Of a DNA stretch of 64,000 bases, positions 46,276 through 55,124 are shown piece by piece. Location: the NCBI GenBank assembly GCA_009837445.1, contig VXTM01000024.1:10515-74514 (forward strand), given 5' to 3'. The stretch's first letter is position 1. Each line of letters begins with the position of its first letter. The stretch is from Acidimicrobiaceae bacterium (GTDB taxonomy: Bacteria; Actinomycetota; Acidimicrobiia; Acidimicrobiales; Aldehydirespiratoraceae). Below the pieces are notes generated by a model. That model was given only the letters and a program-made list of their open reading frames with translations. It did not search any database and was not told the DNA's origin. The position numbers were made by a program, and so were the translations under genes.

Positions 46276-47306
46276 GGGGCGGCGCCTCCTTGGAGCAGGC
46301 CCGCCCGGTTCTCCGGAGTCAGGTACTGCATGACCGTCGGCCGTCGCCCCTGTGCAAGCGCCTGCACGTCCGCCACGACCATGCGTCCGATCTCGAAGAG
46401 TGCTGCGGGCATCGCCCCGGCGAGATGCGGCGCGAGGACGGCCCAGTCGAGGGCTCGAACTGGATGGTCCGGGTCGAGCGGCTCGTCGGGGTACACGTCG
46501 ATGGCAACTCGGAATCGACGCTGGGCGACCAGCTCGACGAGCGCATCGAAGTCGACGAGGCGAGCTCGGCTGAGAAGCACCAGGGTCTGGTCCGGAGTGA
46601 GCATGCGCAGCAGCCGCCTGCTGATGAGCCCGTGGTTGCTGACCGTCGGCGCGGCGAGGATGAAGATCACCCGTGCGTCCGCCATGATCGTCTCGAGGGA
46701 GGCCGGGACGATCCCCCGCGAGAGCAGGATCTCGTCTGAGATCGGAGGGTCATAGCCGAGTACCTTCGTCCCGAAGGGATCGAGCAGTCGCTGCAAGTGC
46801 ACCGAGATCCGGCCGCAACCCACGAACCCCACCGAGGCGCCGTGTAGCGAAGTGTTGCCCTGGTTGCCGGCATGCAGCCACTGTTCCGACCGGCGGCGCA
46901 TGAGCCGATCCGCCTGGGTCACGCCGCGCATCGAGCTCAATGCGAGGGCCAATGCCATCTCCGAGACGGCGGGACCGAAGGCCGGTGCGCATGACCCGAC
47001 GGCGATGCCCCGGTGGAGACACCTGTCGTAGTCGAGGTCGGCGTGCTCGTGGCCACCGGCGACCTCCAGCAGCGCGCGCAACCGGGGAGTTGCCGCGTCG
47101 AGTGCGTCGGCGCCATACCGCCACCCGCCGAACACGACTGCATCAGCGTCTGCTACCTCCCTGAGGAAGTCGTCTCGTGGCATCGGTCGATCGAGCCCCC
47201 AGACGACATCGACCAGTTCGTGCAACTCCGCCCGATCAGCCGGGGTGAAGATCTCGTCCATGGCACGGAAGTGCGGGTCGACGACAACGCGGAGTCGGGC
47301 GCTCAC
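46272..47306 (-). CDS. D-isomer-specific 2-hydroxyacid dehydrogenase family protein
   Basis: VGFVGCGRISVHL (NAD GxGxxG), LLSRARLVD, AIDVYPDEP, APHLAG. Confidence 0.85.
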   Translation of the reverse strand: MSARLRVVVDPHFRAMDEIFTPADRAELHELVDVVWGLDRPMPRDDFLREVADADAVVFGGWRYGADALDAATPRLRALLEVAGGHEHADLDYDRCLHRGIAVGSCAPAFGPAVSEMALALALSSMRGVTQADRLMRRRSEQWLHAGNQGNTSLHGASVGFVGCGRISVHLQRLLDPFGTKVLGYDPPISDEILLSRGIVPASLETIMADARVIFILAAPTVSNHGLISRRLLRMLTPDQTLVLLSRARLVDFDALVELVAQRRFRVAIDVYPDEPLDPDHPVRALDWAVLAPHLAGAMPAALFEIGRMVVADVQALAQGRRPTVMQYLTPENRAGLLQGGAAP

Positions 47307-48706
47307 GGCTGTTCGGCTCCCGCGTCGTCGGTTGCGAACATCATCTCGACCACCACCGGATCCGGTCCGTCGTTCTCGACCACCATGCGCCCGGTCGAGC
47401 CGACGACGGGCGTCAGTACCGAAGCAACTCCGAGCCCTGCGTCGGCGAAGACCTCGAGCGAGCCGTAGTCGGAGATCAGCATGAGGTCGCCGGCATCCGC
47501 GTCCGCACGTTCGCGCCGCACGTCAACGCCTGAACTACTGACCTCGAGAACCGTGGGCCCCAAGCGGACACTGGCCAGGTCCGTGTTGGCAGGCCCGGAC
47601 TCGAGCCGCAGACGGGTGGCTTGAATCCGATCGTCCGCACCGCCCCCAGCCACTCTGGCGGCGAACGTCCCGCGTGCGAGCGCTACGGACTCCGCTGATC
47701 CTGCGTTGATAACCACACGGGCCGACGGAGTCCAGTCGGGGAGCACGGGACGCTGCCGCAGCACGAGTGCATCACCTCGCTGGACGAGGCTGAGCCGGCG
47801 GGGAATCGACTGGCGGCCGCACCAGGGCCGCGAGCCGCCTCTGCCCGGCGCGGCTCGTTCGTCCATCCAACCGATGGCTACCGGCTCTTCGGCGCTGGCG
47901 AGGTCCCAGGTGAGGGACGCGTAGTAGACGGGCCCGGCGTCGACCACGCCCCCGCCCTGGCTGGCCGTCGCGGCGAAGCCGGCATCGCACACGGCGCCCG
48001 GGACCCAACGGACCTGCCGCGGGTGCTTCGCCGTGCCGCGCGGTGGCTCGACGCTGTAGATGAGCGTCCAGACATCGGTCCCGGCCCCGTTGACAGGGAC
48101 ACGCACCAGGTCCGGGACTTCGATGATCGACTGCGGGGACGGGACGGGCGGCGACATCTTGGCGGCGAGTTCCCAACCACGGAGATCCTGGCTTCGGTAC
48201 CACCAGAGCTCCGAGCCCACGGCCAGGACCATCAGCCAGCCCGCTCCGTGGGCGATGACCTTCGGGTCGCGGAAGTCCCGACAGCCGGGCGGCGCCTCGA
48301 GTACCGGGTTGTCGTGGTACGGCGTCCATGTCTGGCCACCGTCGAGACTCCACGCCAGGCTCTGGCGTTCCAGCCCATCGAGATGTTGGGTGAACACGGC
48401 CACCAGCGCTCCCTCGCCGAACCCGGCGGTGCCGTCGGTGTCGCGAACGACCGAGCCCGTGAACATCAGGCCCTGTTCGTCAGGCTTGAGGGCGATCGGC
48501 TCGTGGCGCCAATGGAGGAGATCGGTGGAGCTCGCGTGGCCCCAGTGGAGGTTTCCCCAGACCGGCGCGTCCGGGTTGTGCTGGTAGTAGAGGTGATAGC
48601 GGCCGCCGAGACGGATGGGGCCGTTGGGATCGTTCATCCAGCCCGATGGCGGTGTGAAGTGCCACCGGGGCCGGGTGAACGCGTCGGCGTCCTCCTGAGC
48701 CTTCAC
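47303..48706 (-). CDS. glycoside hydrolase family 32 (beta-fructofuranosidase/sucrose-6-phosphate hydrolase-like)
   Basis: WHFTPPSGWMNDPNGP (nucleophile motif WMNDPNG), FRDPKV (RDP), IIEVPDL (acid/base Glu region). GTG 48706 overlaps the permease stop (GTGA). Confidence 0.9.
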   Translation of the reverse strand: MKAQEDADAFTRPRWHFTPPSGWMNDPNGPIRLGGRYHLYYQHNPDAPVWGNLHWGHASSTDLLHWRHEPIALKPDEQGLMFTGSVVRDTDGTAGFGEGALVAVFTQHLDGLERQSLAWSLDGGQTWTPYHDNPVLEAPPGCRDFRDPKVIAHGAGWLMVLAVGSELWWYRSQDLRGWELAAKMSPPVPSPQSIIEVPDLVRVPVNGAGTDVWTLIYSVEPPRGTAKHPRQVRWVPGAVCDAGFAATASQGGGVVDAGPVYYASLTWDLASAEEPVAIGWMDERAAPGRGGSRPWCGRQSIPRRLSLVQRGDALVLRQRPVLPDWTPSARVVINAGSAESVALARGTFAARVAGGGADDRIQATRLRLESGPANTDLASVRLGPTVLEVSSSGVDVRRERADADAGDLMLISDYGSLEVFADAGLGVASVLTPVVGSTGRMVVENDGPDPVVVEMMFATDDAGAEQP

Positions 48707-49593
48707 CCCTTCAGGCCCTGGGATGCAACGGACTGCACGAACCACTTCTGGAAGAGAAGATAGAGAGCGAGGACCGGAAGGGTCATGACTGCCGCGAAGG
48801 CGAACACGTCGCCCAGCGGCACGTTGGGGTCGGAGAACAGCACCTGCATCGCCACCGGCAGCGGACGCACGTCGGGGCCGCGGGTGACCATCAACGGCCA
48901 GAAGAACGACCCCCAGACGAACAGTGCCTGAAGGATGCCAACGGTGGCGAACGTGGGTCGTGACAGTGGCACGACGATGCGCCGGTAGATGGTCCAGCGC
49001 CCTGCACCGTCGATGAGGGCTGCCTCCTCGATCGCCTTCGGCAGCCCGATGAACGACTGGTAGAAGAGGAAGATGAAGAACGGGTTCGCCACGAACGGGA
49101 TGATCTGCACGTGGTACGTGTCGAGCCATCCGAGCCGGTTCACAATCAACAGTAGCGGAACCGAGACCGACTGGAAGGGCACGATCATCAGCGCCACCAC
49201 GAGGCCGATGACGACGTTGCGACCGATCCACTGGAGCCGCGCAAGGCCGTAGGCGCACATGCTGTTGACAACGAGGCCCAGGCCCACGGTCACGACGGTG
49301 ATCAGGGCGCTGTTGAAGACGGCGCGACCGACGTCGCGACCGAAGACGTCCTCGTAGTTCTGCAGCGACAGGGCACGAGGGAAGAACGCCCAGATTGAGT
49401 CCTGGTCGGCGATGACCTGGGTCTCGTCCGGTTGCAGTGAGAGCACTACCATCGCAACAACCGGGAAGACGAAGAAGATCGCCAACAGGACCATGACCGA
49501 ATAGGTGACCGGACGCTGGAGGCGCCGCCACCCCGAGTGCCGGGGCCCCTCGACGCCTTCGCCGGCATGCCCGACTGCAACCGTGGTCGCCAT
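48703..49593 (-). CDS. carbohydrate ABC transporter permease (MalG-like)
   Basis: Multiple TM spans and the EAA loop IEEAALIDGAGRWTIYRRIVVPLSRP. ATG 49593 shares one base with the upstream stop (TGATG). Confidence 0.9.
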   Translation of the reverse strand: MATTVAVGHAGEGVEGPRHSGWRRLQRPVTYSVMVLLAIFFVFPVVAMVVLSLQPDETQVIADQDSIWAFFPRALSLQNYEDVFGRDVGRAVFNSALITVVTVGLGLVVNSMCAYGLARLQWIGRNVVIGLVVALMIVPFQSVSVPLLLIVNRLGWLDTYHVQIIPFVANPFFIFLFYQSFIGLPKAIEEAALIDGAGRWTIYRRIVVPLSRPTFATVGILQALFVWGSFFWPLMVTRGPDVRPLPVAMQVLFSDPNVPLGDVFAFAAVMTLPVLALYLLFQKWFVQSVASQGLKG

Positions 49594-50552
49594 CACGCCA
49601 CCGCCCGTTCTTCCTTGAGCAGCCGTCGTTGCGTGAAAGCGACGACGACCACGAGGACGAAGTAGAAGACACCGAGCGCGGAGCCCAGTCCGACCTGACC
49701 CTGGCGGAACCCGAAGGTGATGAGGCGCAGGATCATGGTCTGAGTGCCGTCCTGTGGGCCGCCCTGGGTCATGATCTCGACCTGGTCGAAGAGCGCGAAT
49801 GCCAGAATCGTCGTCGACAGCACCACGAAGATCGTGGTGTTCCGCAGTTGCGGGATCGTGACGTGCCGGAACTGCTGCCACGGGTTCGCGCCGTCTATCC
49901 GGGCTGCCTCGTACAGGCTCTCCGGGATCGACTGGAGGCCCGCGAGATAGATCACCATCTGGAATCCCACGCCTTGCCAGATGGACAGGATGATGATGGC
50001 GGCGCGGGCGCCGTTGCGGTCGAGGGCCCAATTCAGGAAGCCGAACCGCTCGGGGGTGAGGAAGCCGAACGAGACGGTGTCAAGGACGCTGTTGACCAAG
50101 CCCGCGGACGGATTGAAGAACGACGTCCACATAACGGCAACGACCACCATCGTGACTGCCACCGGAGCGAAGTAGATCGTCCGGAACGCGTTCCTGAACC
50201 TCAGCTTCTTGTTGACGAGGACGGCCAGACCCAGTGCGAACGCGGTCTGAAGCGGTACCACCACCAGGACGAAGATGCCGTTGAAGATGAGACCGGACCG
50301 GAAGCCCTCGTCTTCGAAGAGCCGGCTGTAGTTCCGCCAGCCGACCCACTTGGTCGGCAGGTTCGGGTTGGGAACCAGGCGTTGATCCGTGAACGACGAG
50401 TAGATCGCCAGGATGAACGGGAGCACGAGAAACACCGCCAACAGCACGATCGCCGGGGCGGCAAAGCCCCATCCCTGGAGAAGCTCCCGTCCCCTCCGTC
50501 GTTGTCGATCAGAGAGCCGGTCGCGAGAAACGGGCTCGATTGCAGTGGCCAT
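49593..50552 (-). CDS. carbohydrate ABC transporter permease (MalF-like)
   Basis: 319 aa with TM spans and the EAA loop YEAARIDGANPWQQFRHVTIPQLR. Confidence 0.9.
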   Translation of the reverse strand: MATAIEPVSRDRLSDRQRRRGRELLQGWGFAAPAIVLLAVFLVLPFILAIYSSFTDQRLVPNPNLPTKWVGWRNYSRLFEDEGFRSGLIFNGIFVLVVVPLQTAFALGLAVLVNKKLRFRNAFRTIYFAPVAVTMVVVAVMWTSFFNPSAGLVNSVLDTVSFGFLTPERFGFLNWALDRNGARAAIIILSIWQGVGFQMVIYLAGLQSIPESLYEAARIDGANPWQQFRHVTIPQLRNTTIFVVLSTTILAFALFDQVEIMTQGGPQDGTQTMILRLITFGFRQGQVGLGSALGVFYFVLVVVVAFTQRRLLKEERAVA

Positions 50553-50611
50553 GTCCTCCCCCTGCCTGTGTCTCGGCTAGTCCTACTCAACAGTTGCTCA
50601 TCAGGATTTGC

Positions 50612-50643
50612 GGTCGGGTCCCCCCGTCAGGAGGGACCCGATC
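50612..50643 (-). promoter_or_regulatory. intercistronic stem-loop between the binding-protein and permease genes
   Basis: CGGGTCCC (50615..50622) pairs with GGGACCCG (50633..50640) around a 10-nt loop, with 2-3 further flanking pairs. Confidence 0.4.
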
Positions 50644-50703
50644 CGCGTGTGCCAGCGACGGCAGGGAGGGAGAGTGGCCGCCGCTAGCCGAGGTCGACGG
50701 GTG

Positions 50704-52107
50704 TCAGCCGGTCGGATACCCGCTGTTGTCCTCGATGTTCTGATCGATCGCTTCGGCCGCGTCGCTCAACTCCGACTGGACGTCGGCGCCTGCGATGATG
50801 TCGGCGACCGCCTGGGCGAACACCTCCGTCACCGTCGCGTAGCCCGGGAAGATGGGTCGGGGCACGGCTCGACCCTCCGACAGCTGCTGAGCGAAGATGG
50901 CCAGCGGACCGTCGGCGCGGTAGAGATCGGACTGCTCCAGTGCGGACAGCCGAGCCGGGACCGCGCCGTTGCCAGCGGTCATTCGCAGGATCTCCTCGGT
51001 GGAGACGAGGTGAGCGAGGACCTCGAAAGCTGCTGCCGGATCCTCACAGCTGCTGGAGATCCCGTAGTTCCAGGAACCCATCCCCGTGACCGCCTGGCCC
51101 CCGAAGTTCGGCATCGGCAGGACCAGGAGATCGTCGCCGAGCGCCTCCGAATGGGGTGTCCACATCCAGTGGCCCACGAAGCTGATGGCCGCGGTCTTCG
51201 AGCCGTAGAAGGAGTCGTCGGCAGGGGTTGCCGGGTCCACCCACCCGTTTTCGAACCAGCTCTGGAAGGTCTCCATTGCCTCTACTGACTCTGGGCCGTC
51301 GAGGACTCCCGATGCGTGCTGATAGTCGCTGCGGTCGACGAGGTCGCCGCCGAAGGACTGGAGGATCGGCGCGAAGCCGTAGGTGTACCACTCCCCTTGG
51401 CCGTAGTTGATCTTCAGGTCCAGCGGGAACTCGACCTCGGGAAGCTCAGCGAGCGCAGCCAGGCCGGCCTCGAACTCCTCGAGAGTCCAGGGCTCCTCGA
51501 ACGTCGGGATGCGGACCCCGGCGGCGTCGAGGTACGCGCGGTTGGCGTACATGCCGAGGCCGGAATCGAACTGGCCCAGGCTGTAGAGCTCGCCGTTGTA
51601 GGTGCCCTGATCGATGATCGACGGGAGGAAGTCGGCCCGCATCTCGTCGGACACGTACTCGTCTATCGGAATCAAGTAGTCCGACCACGCGAAGTTGTAG
51701 ACGAAGGGTCCATCGAAATCGAGCACGCACGGCAGGTCACCTGCGAGCGCGGCGGCGTTCACCTGATCCGTATAGGCCCCTCCGGGGATGTCGGTCTTGT
51801 CGATCTGGATGTCGGTCCGGGACGCGTTGAACGCGGCGACGGCGGCGTCCGTGGCCTCCATCTCCTCAGGCGTTCCGGTATGCCACCACATGGTCACGGT
51901 GACTGCCTCGGCTGCGGGTTCAGCAGCGGGCTCGTCTGCGTCGTCAGCGGGCTCGGCAGCGGCGGGCTCAGCGGCCAGCTCAGCGGCCGGCTCGGCGGCG
52001 GGTGCTGCGGCGGGCTCGTCGGCATCGTCGTCCCCACCACACGCGCTCGCCGCCAGCGCTAGGACCGCCAACAGTCCCAGCAGCTTCAGCAGCAGGTGCT
52101 TCTTCAT
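50704..52107 (-). CDS. ABC transporter extracellular sugar-binding lipoprotein
   Basis: MKKHLLLKLLGLLAVLALAASAC (lipobox), then an acidic Pro/Ala/Glu low-complexity linker (EPAAAPAAEPAAELAAEPAAAEPADDADEPAAEPAAEA), then a family-1 solute-binding domain. SD AAGGAGAAGGAG upstream. Confidence 0.9.
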   Translation of the reverse strand: MKKHLLLKLLGLLAVLALAASACGGDDDADEPAAAPAAEPAAELAAEPAAAEPADDADEPAAEPAAEAVTVTMWWHTGTPEEMEATDAAVAAFNASRTDIQIDKTDIPGGAYTDQVNAAALAGDLPCVLDFDGPFVYNFAWSDYLIPIDEYVSDEMRADFLPSIIDQGTYNGELYSLGQFDSGLGMYANRAYLDAAGVRIPTFEEPWTLEEFEAGLAALAELPEVEFPLDLKINYGQGEWYTYGFAPILQSFGGDLVDRSDYQHASGVLDGPESVEAMETFQSWFENGWVDPATPADDSFYGSKTAAISFVGHWMWTPHSEALGDDLLVLPMPNFGGQAVTGMGSWNYGISSSCEDPAAAFEVLAHLVSTEEILRMTAGNGAVPARLSALEQSDLYRADGPLAIFAQQLSEGRAVPRPIFPGYATVTEVFAQAVADIIAGADVQSELSDAAEAIDQNIEDNSGYPTG

Positions 52108-52167
52108 CGAGTTGGTCTCCTTCTCCTTGTCGGGATCAACCGCGACTAGTCACCGGCGATCCACGTC

Positions 52168-52201
52168 CTAATACGTAATGGTAATATGTAACAGTAATAC
52201 G
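52168..52201. promoter_or_regulatory. AT-rich repeat cluster in the LacI / sugar-ABC divergent promoter region (candidate operator)
   Basis: ctAATACGTAATGGTAATATGTAACAGTAATACGat. TAATACG occurs at 52169..52175 and 52195..52201. GTAAT occurs three times. It is the most AT-rich stretch I saw in the window. Confidence 0.35.
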
Positions 52202-52261
52202 ATCCAATTGCAAGGCACCCGCAAGAGGCCCCGGGAGTGTGATCAGGTACCCTCGGAACCT

Positions 52262-53359
52262 GTGACGAACGCGTCAGAAAGGGACAGCGAGCCCTCGAAG
52301 CGCCATCGCCGACCATCCATGCATGATGTTGCCCGGGTGGCTGGGGTCTCTCAGAGCAGTGTCTCACTCGTATTGAACGATCCCGAGAACTGCGGGATCC
52401 CGGCCGCCACCCAGGAGCGCATTCACGACGCCATTCGCCAGGTCGGGTATCGCACCAATCGACTGGCCAGAGCGATGCGCCTTGATCGAACCGACACCAT
52501 CGGGTTTGTGTCCGACGACATCGCCACCACTCCCTTCGCCAACCAGATGATCAAGGGGGCCCAGGACGCGGCCTGGGAAGCAGGACGACTCCTGCTGATC
52601 GTCAACACCGGAGCCGTCGACCATCCTGAGCACGCCGAACTGGAGTCTGCCGCGATCGACCAGATGCTCGAACGACAGGTGGACGGGATCGTCCTCGCGG
52701 CGATGTTCCACCGAGTGCTCACTCCACCCCCGGCGCTGAAGGAGACCCGCGCCGTCCTGCTGGACGCCCGCGTGGCCGACGAGTCCTTGCCCTCTGTAGT
52801 CCCCGACGAACACGGTGCAGCTTTTGCCGCAACAGATCATCTCATCGGATACGGGCACCGACGGGTCGGATTCGTCACGACCGACTACCCGAGCGCCGCG
52901 CCGCCGGCGCGTCTGTTGGGCTACCGCGACGCGCTCGGTGCGCACTCGATTGCAGTCGACGACGATCTGGTCGTCGTCGGTGTTTCCTCAACCAGCGGGG
53001 GGCGGGCCGCAGTCGGCGACCTCCTCGACCTGGACGATCCTCCGACCGCGGTCTTCTGCTACAACGACCAGACAGCGATGGGCGTCTATCAGGCCGCCCG
53101 AGACCGTGGTCTCCGGATCCCGGAGGATCTCTCGGTCGTTGGGTTCGATGATCAACAGCTCATCGCCGCTGAGCTCGTGCCGCCACTGACGACGATGGCC
53201 CTGCCCCACTACGCGATGGGGCACTGGGCTGTGAGCTACTTGCTGACCGATGAACTACCGGACGAGCCGGCCCAGATGGTCCTTCCATGCCCGCTCATCG
53301 AGCGAGGGTCGGTCACAGAACCACCGGCTCGGCCGCGAGGTTCAGCCCGGCTCAGTTAA
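52262..53359 (+). CDS. LacI family transcriptional regulator
   Basis: HTH segment SMHDVARVAGVSQSSVSLVLN, followed by a periplasmic-binding-protein-like sugar-binding domain. GTG 52262 or ATG 52319. Confidence 0.85.
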   Translation: MTNASERDSEPSKRHRRPSMHDVARVAGVSQSSVSLVLNDPENCGIPAATQERIHDAIRQVGYRTNRLARAMRLDRTDTIGFVSDDIATTPFANQMIKGAQDAAWEAGRLLLIVNTGAVDHPEHAELESAAIDQMLERQVDGIVLAAMFHRVLTPPPALKETRAVLLDARVADESLPSVVPDEHGAAFAATDHLIGYGHRRVGFVTTDYPSAAPPARLLGYRDALGAHSIAVDDDLVVVGVSSTSGGRAAVGDLLDLDDPPTAVFCYNDQTAMGVYQAARDRGLRIPEDLSVVGFDDQQLIAAELVPPLTTMALPHYAMGHWAVSYLLTDELPDEPAQMVLPCPLIERGSVTEPPARPRGSARLS

Positions 53360-54377
53360 GGGAGTCGACTATCAGGTCGGTGTTGGTGCGCAGGTATCCG
53401 GTGTAGGTCTCAGCGCCGCTGCCGGGAGGCCCGAGGCTACCGGTGTAGAGGGTGACCACTTCTACGCCGCCGATTCGGGCAGCCAGGGCCTCGATTTCCT
53501 CGCCGGAGTGCTGGAGCTCGGCGAAGATGGCCTTGATCCCCTCGTGCTCGATGACCTCGGCCAGCTCTTCGAGTCCGGCGGGATTGGCCTCCGCCAGGCT
53601 CGACGATGACGGGATGACCGTGCCGATGACCTCGAATCCGTACCGGGTCGCGTAGTACTCGAAGGCGTCGTGGTTGGTGACCAGCTTGCGGCTCTCTGCG
53701 GGTAGCTGCTCGACCTTTGCGGCGATCTCGGCGTCCACCGCCTCAAGCTCAGCCCGGTAGCTGGTCAGACACGCTTCGACCGCGGCCGCGTCGAGGCCGG
53801 CGTCAGCCGTCAGCGCCTGGGCGAGGACCGGCAGCGCCTCAGCCACCCGGTGGGGATCGAGCCACACGTGCGGATCTTCCGTTCCGTGGTCGTGGCCTTC
53901 GTGTTCGTCGTGGCCTTCGTCGTCGTGGTCGTCGTGGTGGCCTTGGAACGGGATGGGGTCCATGTGTTCAGCGAACATGAGCACCGGAGTGCCGGAGTCC
54001 GCCACCGTGGCCAGAGTGTCTTCCAGACGTCCTTCCAACGTCAGGCCGTTGGCCACGACCAGCGAGGCGTTCGTCATGCGCTCGGCGTCCTGCAGCGACG
54101 GCTCGTAGCCGTGCGGATCGCCGCCGACCGGGATGATGGCCTCCACCTCGGCCAGCCCGTCGCAGGCCACATTGGCGACTACGTCGGCCCAGATGCTGGT
54201 GGTGGCCAGGATCGTCGGGGTCTCAGCGCCGGACGGCCCTGGAGAGGGGTCTCCCGAGCAAGCTGCTGCCCCCAGAGCCGCTGCCGCTACCGCCGTGGCC
54301 AGTATCCGGCTGCGGGTCCGCGATGATCTTGCGGAGGTCCGGCAGCGGTGGTCCTGAACTCTCGTTCCTTGTCGCAC
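53352..54377 (-). CDS. znuA: zinc/metal ABC transporter substrate-binding protein (ZnuA/TroA family) with His-rich loop
   Basis: Lipobox LGAAAC. GGDPHGYEP. His/Asp-rich loop HHDDHDDEGHDEHEGHDHGTEDPHVWLDP. VTNHDAFEYY. Confidence 0.85.
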   Translation of the reverse strand: MRQGTRVQDHRCRTSARSSRTRSRILATAVAAAALGAAACSGDPSPGPSGAETPTILATTSIWADVVANVACDGLAEVEAIIPVGGDPHGYEPSLQDAERMTNASLVVANGLTLEGRLEDTLATVADSGTPVLMFAEHMDPIPFQGHHDDHDDEGHDEHEGHDHGTEDPHVWLDPHRVAEALPVLAQALTADAGLDAAAVEACLTSYRAELEAVDAEIAAKVEQLPAESRKLVTNHDAFEYYATRYGFEVIGTVIPSSSSLAEANPAGLEELAEVIEHEGIKAIFAELQHSGEEIEALAARIGGVEVVTLYTGSLGPPGSGAETYTGYLRTNTDLIVDSLN

Positions 54378-54424
54378 GGCGATGCTCCTTCGGTATGCAA
54401 GGGACGTTGAGTCTCACTCTATTA

Positions 54425-54441
54425 GGAATGAGAGTCACTCC
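54425..54441. promoter_or_regulatory. partial palindrome upstream of znuA (candidate Zur box)
   Basis: GGAATGAGAGTCACTCC matches its own reverse complement at 12 of 17 positions (GGAnTGA....TCAnTCC), in a locally AT-rich stretch 48 nt upstream of the znuA start. Confidence 0.3.
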
Positions 54442-54544
54442 CAAATTACACGGACCGCGGGTTGCTTCGATCGGGCCGTCATCTCCTCGCGGTATGACGG
54501 TCCGCAGCCTGTCGGGTGCGGGCGCCTACCTCGCTGCCGGGTGA

Positions 54545-54994
54545 TCAGGAGCAGTCGGGGCAGGCGCCGAACACGTCAAGCCGATAGGAGCTCGGCTGGA
54601 ACCCGGTCGTGCTCAGCGCCTCGTTGAGCGAGGCCTCGAGACTCCGTTCGGCCCTGGGAGCCATGAAGAAGTCGGCAACGGCTCCACACACGGTGCAGAG
54701 CGTGTGGTGGTGATGGCCGAGGATGTCCACGGAGAACTCGTAGCGGGTCGGTTCACCAGCACCGGCGACTCGCCGCACGATGCCCACGCCCTCGAGGTCG
54801 GTCATGTTGCGGTAGAGGGAGCTCTGCGTCAGGCTGGGACGCAGCTCAAGCATCTCGGGGATGGTCGCCGGCCGACCGGCGCGAACCAGGAGTTCCACGA
54901 GTTCTCGCCGGCCCTTGGTGTAGAGCTGGCCGGCTTCACGAAGGCGGGCCGATACCAAGTCGTGCGTTTCGGCGAGCCGCAGACCCATGACCAC
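54545..54994 (-). CDS. zur: Fur-family metalloregulator, Zur-like
   Basis: Winged-helix N-domain, then GHHHHTLCTVCG and C-terminal GACPDCS (Fur-family HHHxxCxxC...CxxC). Located directly upstream of znuA on the same strand. Confidence 0.8.
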   Translation of the reverse strand: MVMGLRLAETHDLVSARLREAGQLYTKGRRELVELLVRAGRPATIPEMLELRPSLTQSSLYRNMTDLEGVGIVRRVAGAGEPTRYEFSVDILGHHHHTLCTVCGAVADFFMAPRAERSLEASLNEALSTTGFQPSSYRLDVFGACPDCS

Positions 54995-55124
54995 AACCTA
55001 ATTGAGCCGCTTCGGTTTGAGTAGCTCAATGCCGGATGGAGCCACAACCGCGAGGCATCAGCCGGTCGGTCAGCTATTGCCACCGGCCAGGCAGTGGCTG
55101 CGCTACGAGCGGCAGCGGGCCGGG

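Noticed and set aside
47303-49672. 789-aa ORF as one long GH32 protein
   Set aside because: The N-terminal ~320 aa overlap the MalG-like permease gene in another frame and are Arg/Pro-rich. GH32 motifs begin right after GTG 48706, which overlaps the permease stop.
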